Below, piece by piece: positions 12,061 through 24,800 of a stretch of DNA of 64,000 bases. The notes under the pieces are model-generated. The model had not been told where the DNA came from. It was given only the letters and a program-made list of their open reading frames with translations, and did not search any database. Each line of letters starts with the position of its first letter. The first letter of the stretch is position 1. A program made the position numbers and the translations under genes. This DNA is from Eledone cirrhosa (taxonomy: Eukaryota), in NCBI GenBank assembly GCA_964016885.1, contig OZ024741.1, positions 183,830,001-183,894,000 on the forward strand, given 5' to 3'.

Positions 12061-12723
12061 GTGTGTGTGTGTGTGTTCCTGAGTTCAAAGTCATGCGCCA
12101 ACTTAATTATGATATCACGTGGATTGTGTTCAAAGCTGAGGAACATACGAGCTGCAGTGGATTTAAGGCAAGTGGTTAGGATGGTGGTGGTGGTAATGGT
12201 AGTGGTTTAGGTTAGTTCGTTGTTAAGACTAAGATACCAGTGGAAAAAAACCCAGGGGCGCTGGACTGTAAAGGTGGAATGAATAATAAGATATTTGTCT
12301 TTGTATCTCTGTCTCTTTAACCATCAGGATATCTCGGTCTGTCTCTCAGTATAACTATCTCTCTTCCTAGCTCGCTTTACTCTAGACTTCTCTGAATCCT
12401 TTTCTCATTATCTATCACTTTCTTTTCCCTTCCTTTATCTATCTAACTCTCTTCTTTCTCCCAACTCCTTATTCCTTATACCCCATTTACCTTTCTAACT
12501 TGCTCTCTTCCGGTTTTCCTTGCTGCCAGTTTTCCTCCATTTTCACTCTTTTTCATTCTTTGACTTCCGTTTTTCCTTTTCTCTCCATCCATCTGTGTAC
12601 ACACTTGCATACTCACAAAACATAAACATACGCACATACACAGATACACAGATACACAGATACACAGATACACAGATACACAGATACACAGATACACACA
12701 CACACATATATATATATACGTTA

Positions 12724-12826
12724 TATACTCTTTTACTCTTTGACTAGTTTGGTTTTCGTATTTGAAGCATGCTGGGGCACCACCTGAAAAAGTTTTAGTT
12801 GATCATATCGATCCCAGTACTTATTT
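12724..12826 (-). mobile_element. Degenerate second SINE family (octopus-type) fragment
   Basis: actcttttactc...catgctggggcaccacc...atcgatcccagtacttattt; related pieces at ~55862-55960 and ~47560-47640; family assignment from recall. Confidence 0.45.
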
Positions 12827-12869
12827 CACATAAAGGTACATAACTCAACATGACGGTTTACGCCGGTAA

Positions 12870-12980
12870 ACATAAACACAGGTACATATTCATAAATACA
12901 TACAAATATAAACACAGGCACATATTCATAAATACATACAAATATAAACACAGGCACATATTCATAAATACATACAAACA
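12870..12980. repeat. 36-bp tandem repeat x3
   Basis: ataaacacaggcacatattcataaatacatacaaat repeated. Confidence 0.85.
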
Positions 12981-13098
12981 TACACACACGCAAGGACACA
13001 TGTATATGTATATGCATATATGTATGTATGTATGTTGGTATGTATGTATGTTTGTATGTATGTTTGTTTGTATGTATGTATGTTTGTTTGTATGTATG

Positions 13099-13183
<85 letters not shown>

Positions 13184-13582
13184 TAAATATATATATATAT
13201 AAATATATGCGTGTATGTATATATAATATCTATGTTCTTTTATTCTTTTTATGTGTATAGGTGTGTTTGTGTTTATACATATATATTATTTACATATATG
13301 TAAGCACCTGTATATGTGTATTTCGTGTGTATGTATGTATATTTATGTACATGTATAATTGTATGCATATGTATATTCCTTTTACCATTTTATCCCACAA
13401 ATCTTTTCTCTAACCCCCTATACACACTTTCACATTCGTCACCTGCCTCCCATTGACCAATTAAACTATCACAAATTATCACCTTCTTTTTCATAGAGCC
13501 CTATCCCCCCCCCCCAACCTTTTCCACTCTATCTTAATTAATTCTTCTCAATTAAATCACCCTCCTATCTCAATGTTTGTAC

Positions 13583-13614
13583 TCCTGAAGATGGGTTAAA
13601 GCCCGACACGTTGA
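13583..13614 (+). ncRNA. Degenerate hammerhead (GAAA>GACA) in a PLE pseudo-LTR
   Basis: tc-CTGAAGA-tGGGTtaaaGCCC-GACA-CG-TT-ga. Confidence 0.5.
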
Positions 13615-13807
13615 ACTTTCTTTCCCCTTTTCAATATAAAGCGTGAAACTTATAAGAATTTTTGGACCTCTGTTTTGTCGTTTTCTTGAACTATATATAT
13701 ATATATCAACTAGAAATTGATTGACATATATATATATCTAAAATAAACATATGAAACAACCACAGGGAATAATTTGTCACTCGGACATGACACCCTTAAT
13801 TTAATCT

Positions 13808-13888
<81 letters not shown>

Positions 13889-13961
13889 ACATAATTTATA
13901 TATATATATATATGTATGTATATATATATACATAATATATATATATATATCTAATATATAT

Positions 13962-13991
<30 letters not shown>

Positions 13992-13993
<2 letters not shown>

Positions 13994-14150
13994 TTATTAA
14001 AATAACATATTAAAGTTTAACCAAAGAATCGCTGCTTTCACCCTTAACGTTAAGATCCCGTTAAGGGTGAAAGTACCGATTCTTTGCTTAAACTTTAATC
14101 TCTTATTTTAATAAATATTTGCTCTACGGTTCTATGTATTTGATAGCTCT
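13992..14150. repeat. Fold-back palindrome of a PLE pseudo-LTR end plus one-sided tail
   Basis: 13992-14049 is the near reverse complement of 14059-14116. Confidence 0.8.
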
Positions 14151-14319
14151 CTTTGGATTTTAGTCTTCAAATTTATTATTATTACTATATATATATATAT
14201 GGTCTATTGGTTCCTTACCTCAATTCCTTCGTTAAATATATATATATATATATATATATACATACACACACACGCACATATATATAATTACGTGTGTGAG
14301 TGTGTGTGTATAAAGTAAT

Positions 14320-15620
14320 TAACCGATTAAACTAACTCATCCCTACTTTACTAAAACACTTAGACTTAAAGTTAACACACACTTAGTTTAGACGCCATTT
14401 CCATCAACATTTCATATTCTGCAATCGAATTAATAAATGACCGTATCAACAGGTCTGACAATCTCAGTTGCTTCTGTCTTAGGCCCAGACATACACCAGC
14501 TGCTAACCATCATCGTAAATAATGTTTGCTTCCACTATGAGGGTTCCTTCTACCAGCAGATTTCTTTATCGTCAGATATTCTGGCCACTACATACACGAA
14601 CCAATTGGAGCGTTGTGCGTTTACCACCTATTACTGGTATGTAAACGACATCCTATTGTTGGTGAGACCAACAAAATACTGGAAAATTTCATCCTATTGA
14701 CGGCCACATAAACTAAGCATCTCTAAAACACCGGAATTCTTTTCTCAGTCGATTTCCAACTTAAAATCACCGAGAAGAGATCCATTTATACTAACTTTTA
14801 AAAGAATGAGACATGCAGTGATCTATTCCTGCACTACAGTTCAACCTTGCCCACCAGATACAAAACGGCTTAAATACGGAACCAGACACAGCAAGGGTAA
14901 GGATAAAACTACCAGTGCCAAATAGCTTCAAAAGAACCTGGTAGAAAACGTCTTTCCCAGCATCTTTTTACAAACGCTAGAATGCCAATAAAACAGCAAG
15001 TAGGGTGAAAAACCATAGAGAAAGTATATGCTATCTAAAGAAACCTACATCAATGAGAGGACTACCGTTGAGATTCATCAAGCTGAAAATACAACTAATG
15101 CACTCCATGACTTCATTAAAGAAATTCCTGTCCAAGGTTCGAACCACACACATCAACAGCATTGCACACTAACTAACGTATCAAAAATGTAGACATGCGA
15201 CTGAGATCTATGTAATGTAAAAGATAACTTGTAACAAATATGGTGGCTCATATATTAGAAGTATTGTCCGCAAGATACACATATGAATCAAAGAAAAATT
15301 CCACACGAGTGCTTCGTCCATAAAAGCGACCGAACAAAACATAGGAAATTTGTGTATCAAAGAGGATGTACTCATTACTAGAATGAGACCTATTATAAAT
15401 ACCATGCACGATTTGCATGAACTCGATTAGGTATTGTGACTATGCCTTTCTGTAAATATTACTATCACTCCGACTCAATGTCTAGACAGAAGAGCTACTC
15501 TTGTCGTCACCATCACACACCCCTTTCTTTCTTTCTTTCGTTTTTTCTTTCTTTCTTTCTAAAGAAGGTCCTAAGTCCGAAACGTCATGAAATAAGGTAA
15601 ATGTGTGAACTGTTCTTTTA
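14320..15620 (+). pseudogene. Highly degenerate Penelope-like RT/GIY-YIG remnant with decayed hammerhead near 15560-15590
   Basis: NNVCFHYEGSFYQQ, YYWYVNDILL; terminal gg..ccGAAACGTC. Confidence 0.5.
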
Positions 15621-15900
15621 TTTCCTTACTTTATTCCAGTATTTCTAATTTGTCTTGCACTGGATTTTTCAAAACAACCATAATTACATATTCCACAACA
15701 ACAGCAGCAGTAACGACCATCCCCATCACTACAACAAAAGCAGCAGCAGCAGCAGCAGTCATCTAATTAACGTGTTTTATAATGATGTTCTCTCTTCACT
15801 GGAGGATATCAGGGTAGGGATGTTTGGGAATCGATACTTTAATCCGGGTGATTGTATCATATACCACATTATATACTATAATATACTATATAACATTATA

Positions 15901-16050
15901 TAATTGTTTCTACTTTAGGCACAAGGCCAGCAATTACCCAGTGCATTACTGGTACTTTATTTTATCGACCCCGTAAGGATGAAAGGCAAAGTCAACCTCG
16001 GCGGGATTTGAACTCAGATCGTAAAGGGACGTAACTATGCTGGAAACATT
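15901..16050 (-). mobile_element. tRNA-derived SINE (partial)
   Basis: Reverse complement of the same SINE core. Confidence 0.85.
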
Positions 16051-17229
16051 ATATAATGTAAACGTGTAATGATACTTAATTATTTGTTATTCTTAATCTT
16101 TATAAATAACAATAAGGAAACAAAAAAGAAGGGAAAATAAGATAAAAAATAAGAAGAAAGAATTAAGAAAGGGAGAGGAGAGAGGAGAGAGGCGATGACA
16201 GACTCTACACCTCTGTCTGAGCGGCATTTCCGCTGTGTCAGTGGACAAAATGGCAAAAGTGACCAGGATAGTGACGCGGATAGTGACCAGTGACCAGCAA
16301 CTCCCTCTGTGACAGCTACCCAACCTCACGGGTCTCCTTCCTTAGGTGCGCTGTTGCTTTTCTGATTTTGCAAAGGAAATCAGCAGAAAGGCGATTGAAG
16401 ACACCTGAAGTTTTAATGGCGCCCAGTACGAAAAGGGATGTAAACTGTAATGCATACTATCCATTAGAAACACTATTATGTAACATATACTATATTATAG
16501 ACCAAGATATAGCATACACCAGCATTCGATAAACCTTTTTCTGTATACTCTTTTACTAGATTTTTCAACTGCATATGATTAAAAAAATGTTGACATATAT
16601 CCAACTCAATTTATTACATGACATTAACATGCTTAAAATTCATATGTTTATGGGACTGAACTTTTCTGTTTAAGCCATTTTCATTTAGTTTCAAGATGCA
16701 GTCGTAATCTCGTGTATTTATATATGTATATCACGTCGCGTGAGACATGCACTATATCCATCAACATTCTTCTGACATTTTGCTTTCTCTAGAGAATCCA
16801 TTTGCGAATCTTTCACCCTTTAGCAAACCTACTGTTACTGGTTTTAAAACAGACTACGATCAAATCAAATAAAGTATAGTTGTTAATATATTTATGATGT
16901 AGTAATGAAGTCAATAACAGAAAAATCACAGAATTCAAACGGTTCCAGCGACATATTCATATTTCAATTTGTGAACCTATCCAATGTGACCGAATGGAAA
17001 GGGTAAATAACCTGAAATGGTCCCGATTAGAGGGAAATAAGAATATGTCAATGAAAACTTATGAATTTATGATTTTCCTTTTATTAACTTCATAAATAAA
17101 TTTAGATGATCCAATAATATAGATTTTCTTTGTAATGATTGCTATAAGACATGGAAAAAACATGTACTCTTCATGGACATTGCCTTAGGACCATACTTAC
17201 TTAATATTTCTTAGCTTGACTATAATAAA

Positions 17230-17565
17230 TGCAGACATAGAAAGGGTCCAGCTGAGTAATCTGAGGAATACCATCACTGTACGATGGCGGGAGATGCCTG
17301 GCCGTGTGCTATGTATGTTCATGAGCAGATCAGTGGGGCCTCTGTCGAAGGAAGCCTGGAGGTGCGTATAAGGACACAACGCAGGTCCGTCAAGACCTGG
17401 TTGAAATGTGTGGAGGTAGACCTGGCAGACAGGGTCCTGGCCTGGGAAGAGGAAAGAGGTCCGTGAGACAATGCTTGTCACGTGCGGATTGGAGATTTCT
17501 CGTCACCCAATACTCTATATGTAACAAAAGGATCTGTAGAATAAGAATAAGAATAAGAATAAGAA
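17230..17565 (+). mobile_element. Degenerate RTE LINE 3' end with (AAGAAT)n tail
   Basis: RRSVKTWLKCVEVDL..WEE followed by tandem aagaat. Confidence 0.55.
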
Positions 17566-17764
17566 GATTGCTATGAAGTGATTAGGTATGAAGTATGTTT
17601 TCTCTTCCAGAAATAAAGGGGATGGACCAATCAGATTTACATATTCTTAAAATCAACGTTAAACAATTATGTCGGGAAAAATAAAGTGTGAATAAAAAAT
17701 GTTCTACCTAAAAATATCTCCCACTTGAATCCCAATTTCGAGAATCGAGGGTGTATAACATAAA

Positions 17765-18425
17765 GGAGGGGACTGGACGCAGCTGGCATCCCATCACAAC
17801 TGGAGCCAAGAGGCCTTGACCGTGGAGACGGCAAGCGTCCAGATGGAATAACCCTCTTCCCATTCGAAGGAGGTAAATCCCTCATCTGGGACACCACATG
17901 TTATGAAATGTTTACCGCCTCCAACGTAGTTGCTTCGGCCAGAAATCCCGGTACCGCAGCCCACCATGCAGAGGGAAGGAAGACAAACAAATACTGAAGA
18001 CAAGTAAATATTGTCTGGCCGCTCCCTTTTCGCACCGGTCGCCGTCGAGATCTCAGGCGTACTTGGACACGGTACTGTCGAGCATCTCCGTAAGATCGGA
18101 ACGTCGGTGGCTCGTCTGGGGAAGGAGACCCGCGAGGTGAGGTGGTTGTTGTAGCGTGTGTCGCTGGCCATTGTCCGCGGGAATGCTTTTGCGGCCTTGT
18201 CCGCGGGGTGCAGATCTCCCACCACCGCGCCCTAGGCTCACAGCCCAATCATACACCCCCTATCATTCTTCTGTGACAAGAAAGTCCTTGCCATTTCTTT
18301 CCTTTTACGTCTTTTAAAAAATATTTTCTTTTATATTACATTCTTTCTTCTCAATCTAAACTTTCTTTCTTTTTTCTATTAAACTGTATTTATATGATAT
18401 ATTTTACATAGAATAAAAGATATTT
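17765..18425 (+). mobile_element. CRE-like non-LTR retrotransposon 3' fragment (restriction-like endonuclease)
   Basis: LDAAGIPSQLEPRGLDRGDGKRPDGITLFPFEGGKSLIWDTTC..PVAVEISGVLG..RVSLAIVRGNA; T-rich UTR with AATAAA. Confidence 0.8.
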
Positions 18426-18534
18426 CACTTTTATTATACAATTGTCGAACACATGATTCTCTTGATCCTTCAGGGAATCGTGGGTTAGTGATCCTCGTTT
18501 AATCGCTACACGTCGATCTATCTATCTATCTATA

Positions 18535-21500
18535 TGGTAGTGAAGGTGGAGCTTTCAGACTGGTGGCCGTATATGCCCCGACTGGGACATCGCGACCAGA
18601 GTTCTTCAAGCGTCTGGAGCCATTCCTGGGAACATCTCACTCCTTAGTGTTAGCGGGGGACTGGAATGGCATCTTAGACGCACGTTGGGACTATGTAGGA
18701 GCTTGTGATAATAGAGGTGGGTGTAATAGCCTCAAAAATCTCATCAGCCAATTCCAACTGGCTGATAGATATCGACTAGACTTCCCAAGTGCACCACTGT
18801 GGACGTGGAGCAACCGCACTGGGTCTTCTAGATCGTATCTAGATTTATTTTTAATTAGACAGAATGATAAGGAAACATTAAGCTGTCCACAAATGCACAT
18901 GGTTGCTTATTCAGACCACAAATTAGTCACCTGCGTAGTCAACCTTGATAGAACACATAGACAGGGACCCGGATACCGGAAGCTAAATATGTCGCTCCCG
19001 GCGCGTAAGGCCTACAGTAAACGGATGAGCACCTTAGTTAAGTGCCAGTTGATGGGGGCGATCGTTAACAACAGGCAGTGGAGCTCTCTCAAGAGAGCAA
19101 TTAGAATAGAATCGATAGCATTTAGCAATGAACTAGCTTTAGAAAAACACAAAACTGAAAAGGAACTGGTAGCTAAAATTGAAGAGGCACTTAGGAATGG
19201 CAGTACAGCTGACGTGCGAGCGGTGAGAACAGCATTAGACCAGTTCTTCAACGTGAAACACGAAGGTTGTATTGTCAGAAGTAGTAAACGTTCTCTAAGA
19301 AACGAGGGAGCCAAAGCTGTTAGCTGGGCCCGAGTGGCAGAGGCGAAAAGTGGCAACAAATCCACAATTCGGTATTTGCAAGACAAAGATGGACGCATTA
19401 TACTTGAATCCAAGCAGATGTGCCCGGCCTTCCAGCAGCATTTTGCACAACTGTTCGGGCAAAGCGGTACGTCGAGAGAGGTGATGGACTTCAGCTCCTA
19501 CCTCGACGGCGTACCGCGACTCTCGAGTACGGACGCAGAGAGCTGCGAAAAGCCGATCACAGCGAGCGAAATAGAAGATGCCCTAGGACGCTGCAGAAAA
19601 CGCAAATCACCCGGTTTAGATGGTCTACCCTATGAGCTTTACATGGGCATGCCATACTTGTTTTCTGGCGTACTCGAAGCGGTCTACTGGAACTGGCAGC
19701 AGAACGGCAGGATTCCCAGTTCTATAGGCAGAGGCGTAGTAACACTGATCAGGAAAGATGAGAACAAGGGGGATGAGATAAGCAATTTCAGGCCCATAAC
19801 TCTGCTCAACACAGAATTAAAGATTTTGGCCAAGGTGTTAGCAGCAAGGCTGGCGCTTATCGTCGAGAACCTGGCAGAGGAAGCCCAAAAGTGTGCAATC
19901 CCGACCAGGTCCATACACGACAACCTCCACCTCATGCGATACATCATAGAGAGGGTAGAGTGTAAACCTGGCTTCGGTGGAGCTCTGATCAATTTAGATC
20001 AGTCTAAGGCATTTGATAGGGTCGACCATCAATACTTGGAAGCAGTTCTCAAGGCCGCCGGCTTCGGTCCCGTCTTCAGAGGCTGGATCGCTGCCATGCA
20101 CACCAGCCATTCCAAATCATGCGTTCCATCCGCCAGGGATGCCCACTCTCCTCTATTCTGTATGTACTGACTCTCGAGCCGTTACTGCGGAAGTTGGAGC
20201 TGTTGCAGAGCATCCCGATCGAACCAGGACTGCGGAAACCTCGGAAATCAAGATAATCGGCAACCTATTACAGGAATACGAAACGTTGACAGGAGCAAGA
20301 CTAAACCCAAACAAATCTGTCGGTTTGCAACTCGGCATATGGAGAGGCAAACCCATTCTTTCCGACAGTGTTGTTGGACGCTGGACGGAAGGACCGGTGA
20401 AAATGCTCGGGGTCTAATTGGGTGGACAAGAACTGGAACGAGGTCACGGCGAAGGTGTTTGCACTCACCCAGAAGTGGGCTGAGTGCAAACTGTCCTTGA
20501 AAGGTCGAGCGGAGGTGGCGAACACTTACATAACGTCCGTCATCTACTACCGCTTGACAGTCGTGCCTTACCCCCGCGAATACCTTACCAAAATAGAATG
20601 CCTACTCTTCAAGTTCCTCTGGAAAAAACAGGCTCCATTGGTGAGGAGATCCATCTGTTGTCAACACCCTTCTAACGGAGGGCTGGGCATGCCGTAGCTG
20701 ATGATGCGCAAACATGCGCTGAGGCTACGCCATCTCCAGGTATTCCTGACCGGTGAAACGGTGTGGCTGTCGTTTGTGAGACAGGCTCTTCCACAATTCG
20801 TCTCATTAACAGAGCTGCAGTCCTGGGTCAAGCGAAGACCGAATATGGGTGCTTCGCATCTCGAGTGCCTACAGGTGCTCACAGCCCTCTACCAAGCGGA
20901 AACGGCAATCAGCAGAGACTCCACTTCGACATTCTATAGGGGATTAGTGGAGGATAAGTGCGACGACGTTCCCGGGGAAACTCTAGGCATCGAGGAGGAC
21001 GAACTGACCAGTCGGTTCGGGAGGACATTCCGTCCAGGGCCTATGGATAACTTCCAGAGGTCTCTGGCCTGGCAGTGCTATCGAGGAGCTCTACCAGTTC
21101 GAGACAAAATCTACAGGCACGGACGCCCTGGCAGAGATCCTGCCAAAAGGACCTGTCCAAAATGCGAGCAGGACATCGAAACCGTTCTGCACGCAATTAT
21201 TCAGTGCCCAGGGGTGACCGACCCGTGGAATTATTTCGAACAGCTGCTGTCACGTGTGGGACGCATCCAGTTGTCAGCCGAGTCCACCGTGAGGATCACC
21301 CCGCCGCCCTCATTTAAGAACGAAGGAGAGGCGGTCTTCCTCTGTTTGGTAGCTATGGCGAAAGAGGTAATATGGTGGACGAGGTTGAAAGGACTGAGGG
21401 CAAACACCTTTCTCTCCGGACAACAACTCATCCCCTTCTTTAAGTACCACTTCAGAAGGAAGGTGAGAGTGGAGAGAGAGGTGCTACACCCCAGTAAATT

Positions 21501-21800
21501 CGCTGAAAGGTGGGTGAATGTGGCGAAAATGGCCCGAGTGAATGGGCCTTCTCTGTATATAAACCTGTAGGTTGAGGAAGATAAACAGAGGGAAGACAGG
21601 AACACCTACAAAACGTGTTCCTGGTGTTGAGGGTTGTTCTATCCACGGGGTGTAAAACAATCCTGCAGTAACGTTCCCCCTATTGGGGATTTCAATTGTT
21701 ACTTTATTATATATAGTTTATTGTTATTTATTAATGTTAAAATTATATGATTTTTATGTAAAACCCATCTTGTAATGTCCCATTTTTGTAAAATTTTCGT
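18535..21800 (+). mobile_element. Tx1/L1-type LINE copy 1, 5'-truncated ORF2 (APE-RT-Zn) with deletions and frameshifts
   Basis: VYAP, LAGDWNG, SRSYLD, YSDHK (APE); KSPGLDG, NFRPITLLN, LDQSKAFDRVDH (RT); CPKC..ETVLHAIIQC. Confidence 0.92.
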
Positions 21801-21849
21801 TTGGAAAAAAAAAATTTCGCAGGTGAAAAAAAAGTGTAAACAAACCTTG

Positions 21850-24800
21850 CATTCAGTCATGAACGCTGAAGTGGTGGAGAGGCGGTAAGAGTGTTAAGCT
21901 CGCAGTCACCTCCTCTCACCACCTCATTGAAAGACATCGAAAATATCGTCAGTCTTGAAAACACAATGTAGGACATTGATTGTAACATCAACACTAATAC
22001 AAACACCAATAACATGAAAAATATAAGCAACACCAACCAGAACAACAACAACAACAAAAATCACAACAAGAACAACAACAGCAACAATGATAACAACAAC
22101 AACACCACTAACAACAAAAGCAACACGAACAACTCCACGAACAAGGAAAACATTTCCTTTGTGCAAACCGTCCAAAAGACGGAACTGTTCACATACCTTG
22201 ACATTTCCAATGCAAAGCGATGCAAAACAGTACGTAACTTTTAATGAGAGTGGTGCTTTCAGCATCACTTCTCCTCAACAGTTACGCAGAGAAACTGTTC
22301 TAAAAACAGTAATTTTTAGGACGGTTTCAAATGTGTCGAAAAAAACAGTTCAATTATCCCAAAACGATATTGAAGAATCCATGAAGGATATTGCCTTCAT
22401 CCAAAAAGGGAAACTTTTTGGAAGCATTTCGGTGTTGTTGAAAGACCAATTGACAGCACAAAAATATTCTGTATCGCCGATTGTGTCCCCCCTTTACACC
22501 TTTTCCCCCACATATATGGGAAAAGAACACAAAAAATAAAAATTTTGAACATTGCACCAAATGTAAACGTCTGGTGGATTCTAACTGGCTTCATCGATTT
22601 CGACGAAGACACCATCATTTCGGTGGGAAAGTCCTCCAGAGGCACATTCAATGGTACAAGCATGGAAGTTGTGGTCCAAATGAGGCCAGAACGGATAGCT
22701 AAAATACCCCAACGTGTGCCTCTGGATGGAATTTCACACATAAACATTTCTGTTGAGGGTAGACGGCCTTCATGTTACCACTGTTTAAGCAGTGGTCACC
22801 TGAAGGCTTACTGTCCTCAGTTAACTACAAAAAAAAGAGGCACTACTGCCAACACCCAAAACAACAACACAACCACCATCACCACCACCACCACAACAAC
22901 AACAACAACACGCAAACGCAACCAAAACAAGAACAACAAACCAATCTGCAAGCACAGTCCCACCCAGCCCCACTCCACCTAAAACCACTGCAAAAACACC
23001 CACAAACACAACAACACCCCAAAACATACCCCTTCCAAATAACACAGACACCACAACGGACGAGGCCCCCACATCATCACCAAGTGACGATGAGGGAGAG
23101 CCTCTCCGTTCGAAAAGAAAGAAGAAAAGACACCACAAGAACAAAACAACAACAAACATCACTACAAACATACAACCACCAACACAAACAACACAAACAT
23201 TACAAACAAAAACCCCCCGTCCCGAAAACAAAACCAGGACATCACTCCAAACACAAACACCTACAACAAAACGAAAGCTCCCACAAGAACAACAGACAAA
23301 AACCACCGCAACACAACAAGAACATTACACATACATAAACAGTAAAAACAAAACTTAAATGGAGGTCATATCCAACGACCCTTCGGTGAAAACCGAAGGG
23401 AAAACTTTTTCGAACTGTGTAGACAAACCTAATTTAAAGATGATTAGGGTCCCTACGGACACCTATAAGTCTTTAAAGGAAAACTTTCCTAAGGACGTGG
23501 GTAATCCTTGTGTTAAACCCATTAACCGCGTCCTTTTAAAAAGTTTCCCCACCCTCACCCCAGACACCCCCATCCCATACACCCCCACCCCACCAAACAT
23601 CTCCGTCCCCACCCCGCCGAAACCACCACCCACCCAGACAACCCCTCTAACACCCCCATGGAAACCGTGCGGCCTGGTCCCCGGGAGACGAAGAGGTGAG
23701 TGTTTTCTTCTCTTTTAAATTTTCAGAACCAGCATGGCCAATATAAGAGTTCGATGTGTGAATGTACGCGGCCTGGGGTTACCCTGGAAACAGGGCAAAC
23801 TCTTAAACGACCTCAGGTCGCACAGTATGGATGTAGTGGCCATTTGCGAGTCCAGGATCCACAGCGAACGACAGCTGGCCCCCATCTTCCATGACTTTGA
23901 GATCTACGCATCTCTCTGTCGGCCGGGAGTGGGGGCGGGGTTGCCGTTTTGCTGCGGAAACACCTGGGCTTCGTAACACAGACGGTACATCTGGACCCGG
24001 AGGGTCGACTGGTGGTCCTAGACATTGACGGTAGTGAAGGTAGAGCCTTCAGGCTGGTGGCCGCATATGCCCCATCCGGGACACCGTGGCCAGACTCCTT
24101 CAAACGTCTAGAGACTTTTCTGGGAACGTCCCGCTCCTTGCTTTTAGTGGGGGACTGGAATGGATTCCTAGATGCACGTTGGGACTATGTGGGAGCATTT
24201 CCCGATAAAGGGGGGTGTAACAGCCTCAAACAGTTAATCGGCCGATTTGACCTGGCCGATAGATATCGACTAGATTTTCCGACTGTGCCACTGTGGACGT
24301 GCACTAATCCGAGCGGAACATCTAGATCGTACCTAGATAGGGTTCTAGTTAGAAATAAGGATAGGGACATGTTAAGCTGTCCACAAATGTTCATGGTTGC
24401 CTATTCAGATTACAAACTAGTGACCTGCATGGTCAAACTTGATAGAACCCATAGACAAGGGCCCGGCTACTGGAAGTTGAACTTGTCGTTATCGACATGC
24501 AAAGCCTACAGTAGAGACGGATTAGCACTTTAGTTAAACAGCACTTGACAGGGGCCATTGTCAACAACAGATGGTGGTACTCTCTCAAGAGGGCAGTTAG
24601 ATTAGACTCGTTAGTTTTTAGTAAAGAATTAGCGTTAGATAGAAATAGAACCGAGAAGCAACTGGTAGATAAAGTAGAAGAGGCAACAAGAAGTGGCTGC
24701 GTTGTCAGAAGCAAAATACGTGCTCTGGGAAACGAGGGAGCCAAAGCTGTTAGCTGGGCCCGAGTGACGGAGGAAAAAAGTGGCAACAAGTCCACGATTC

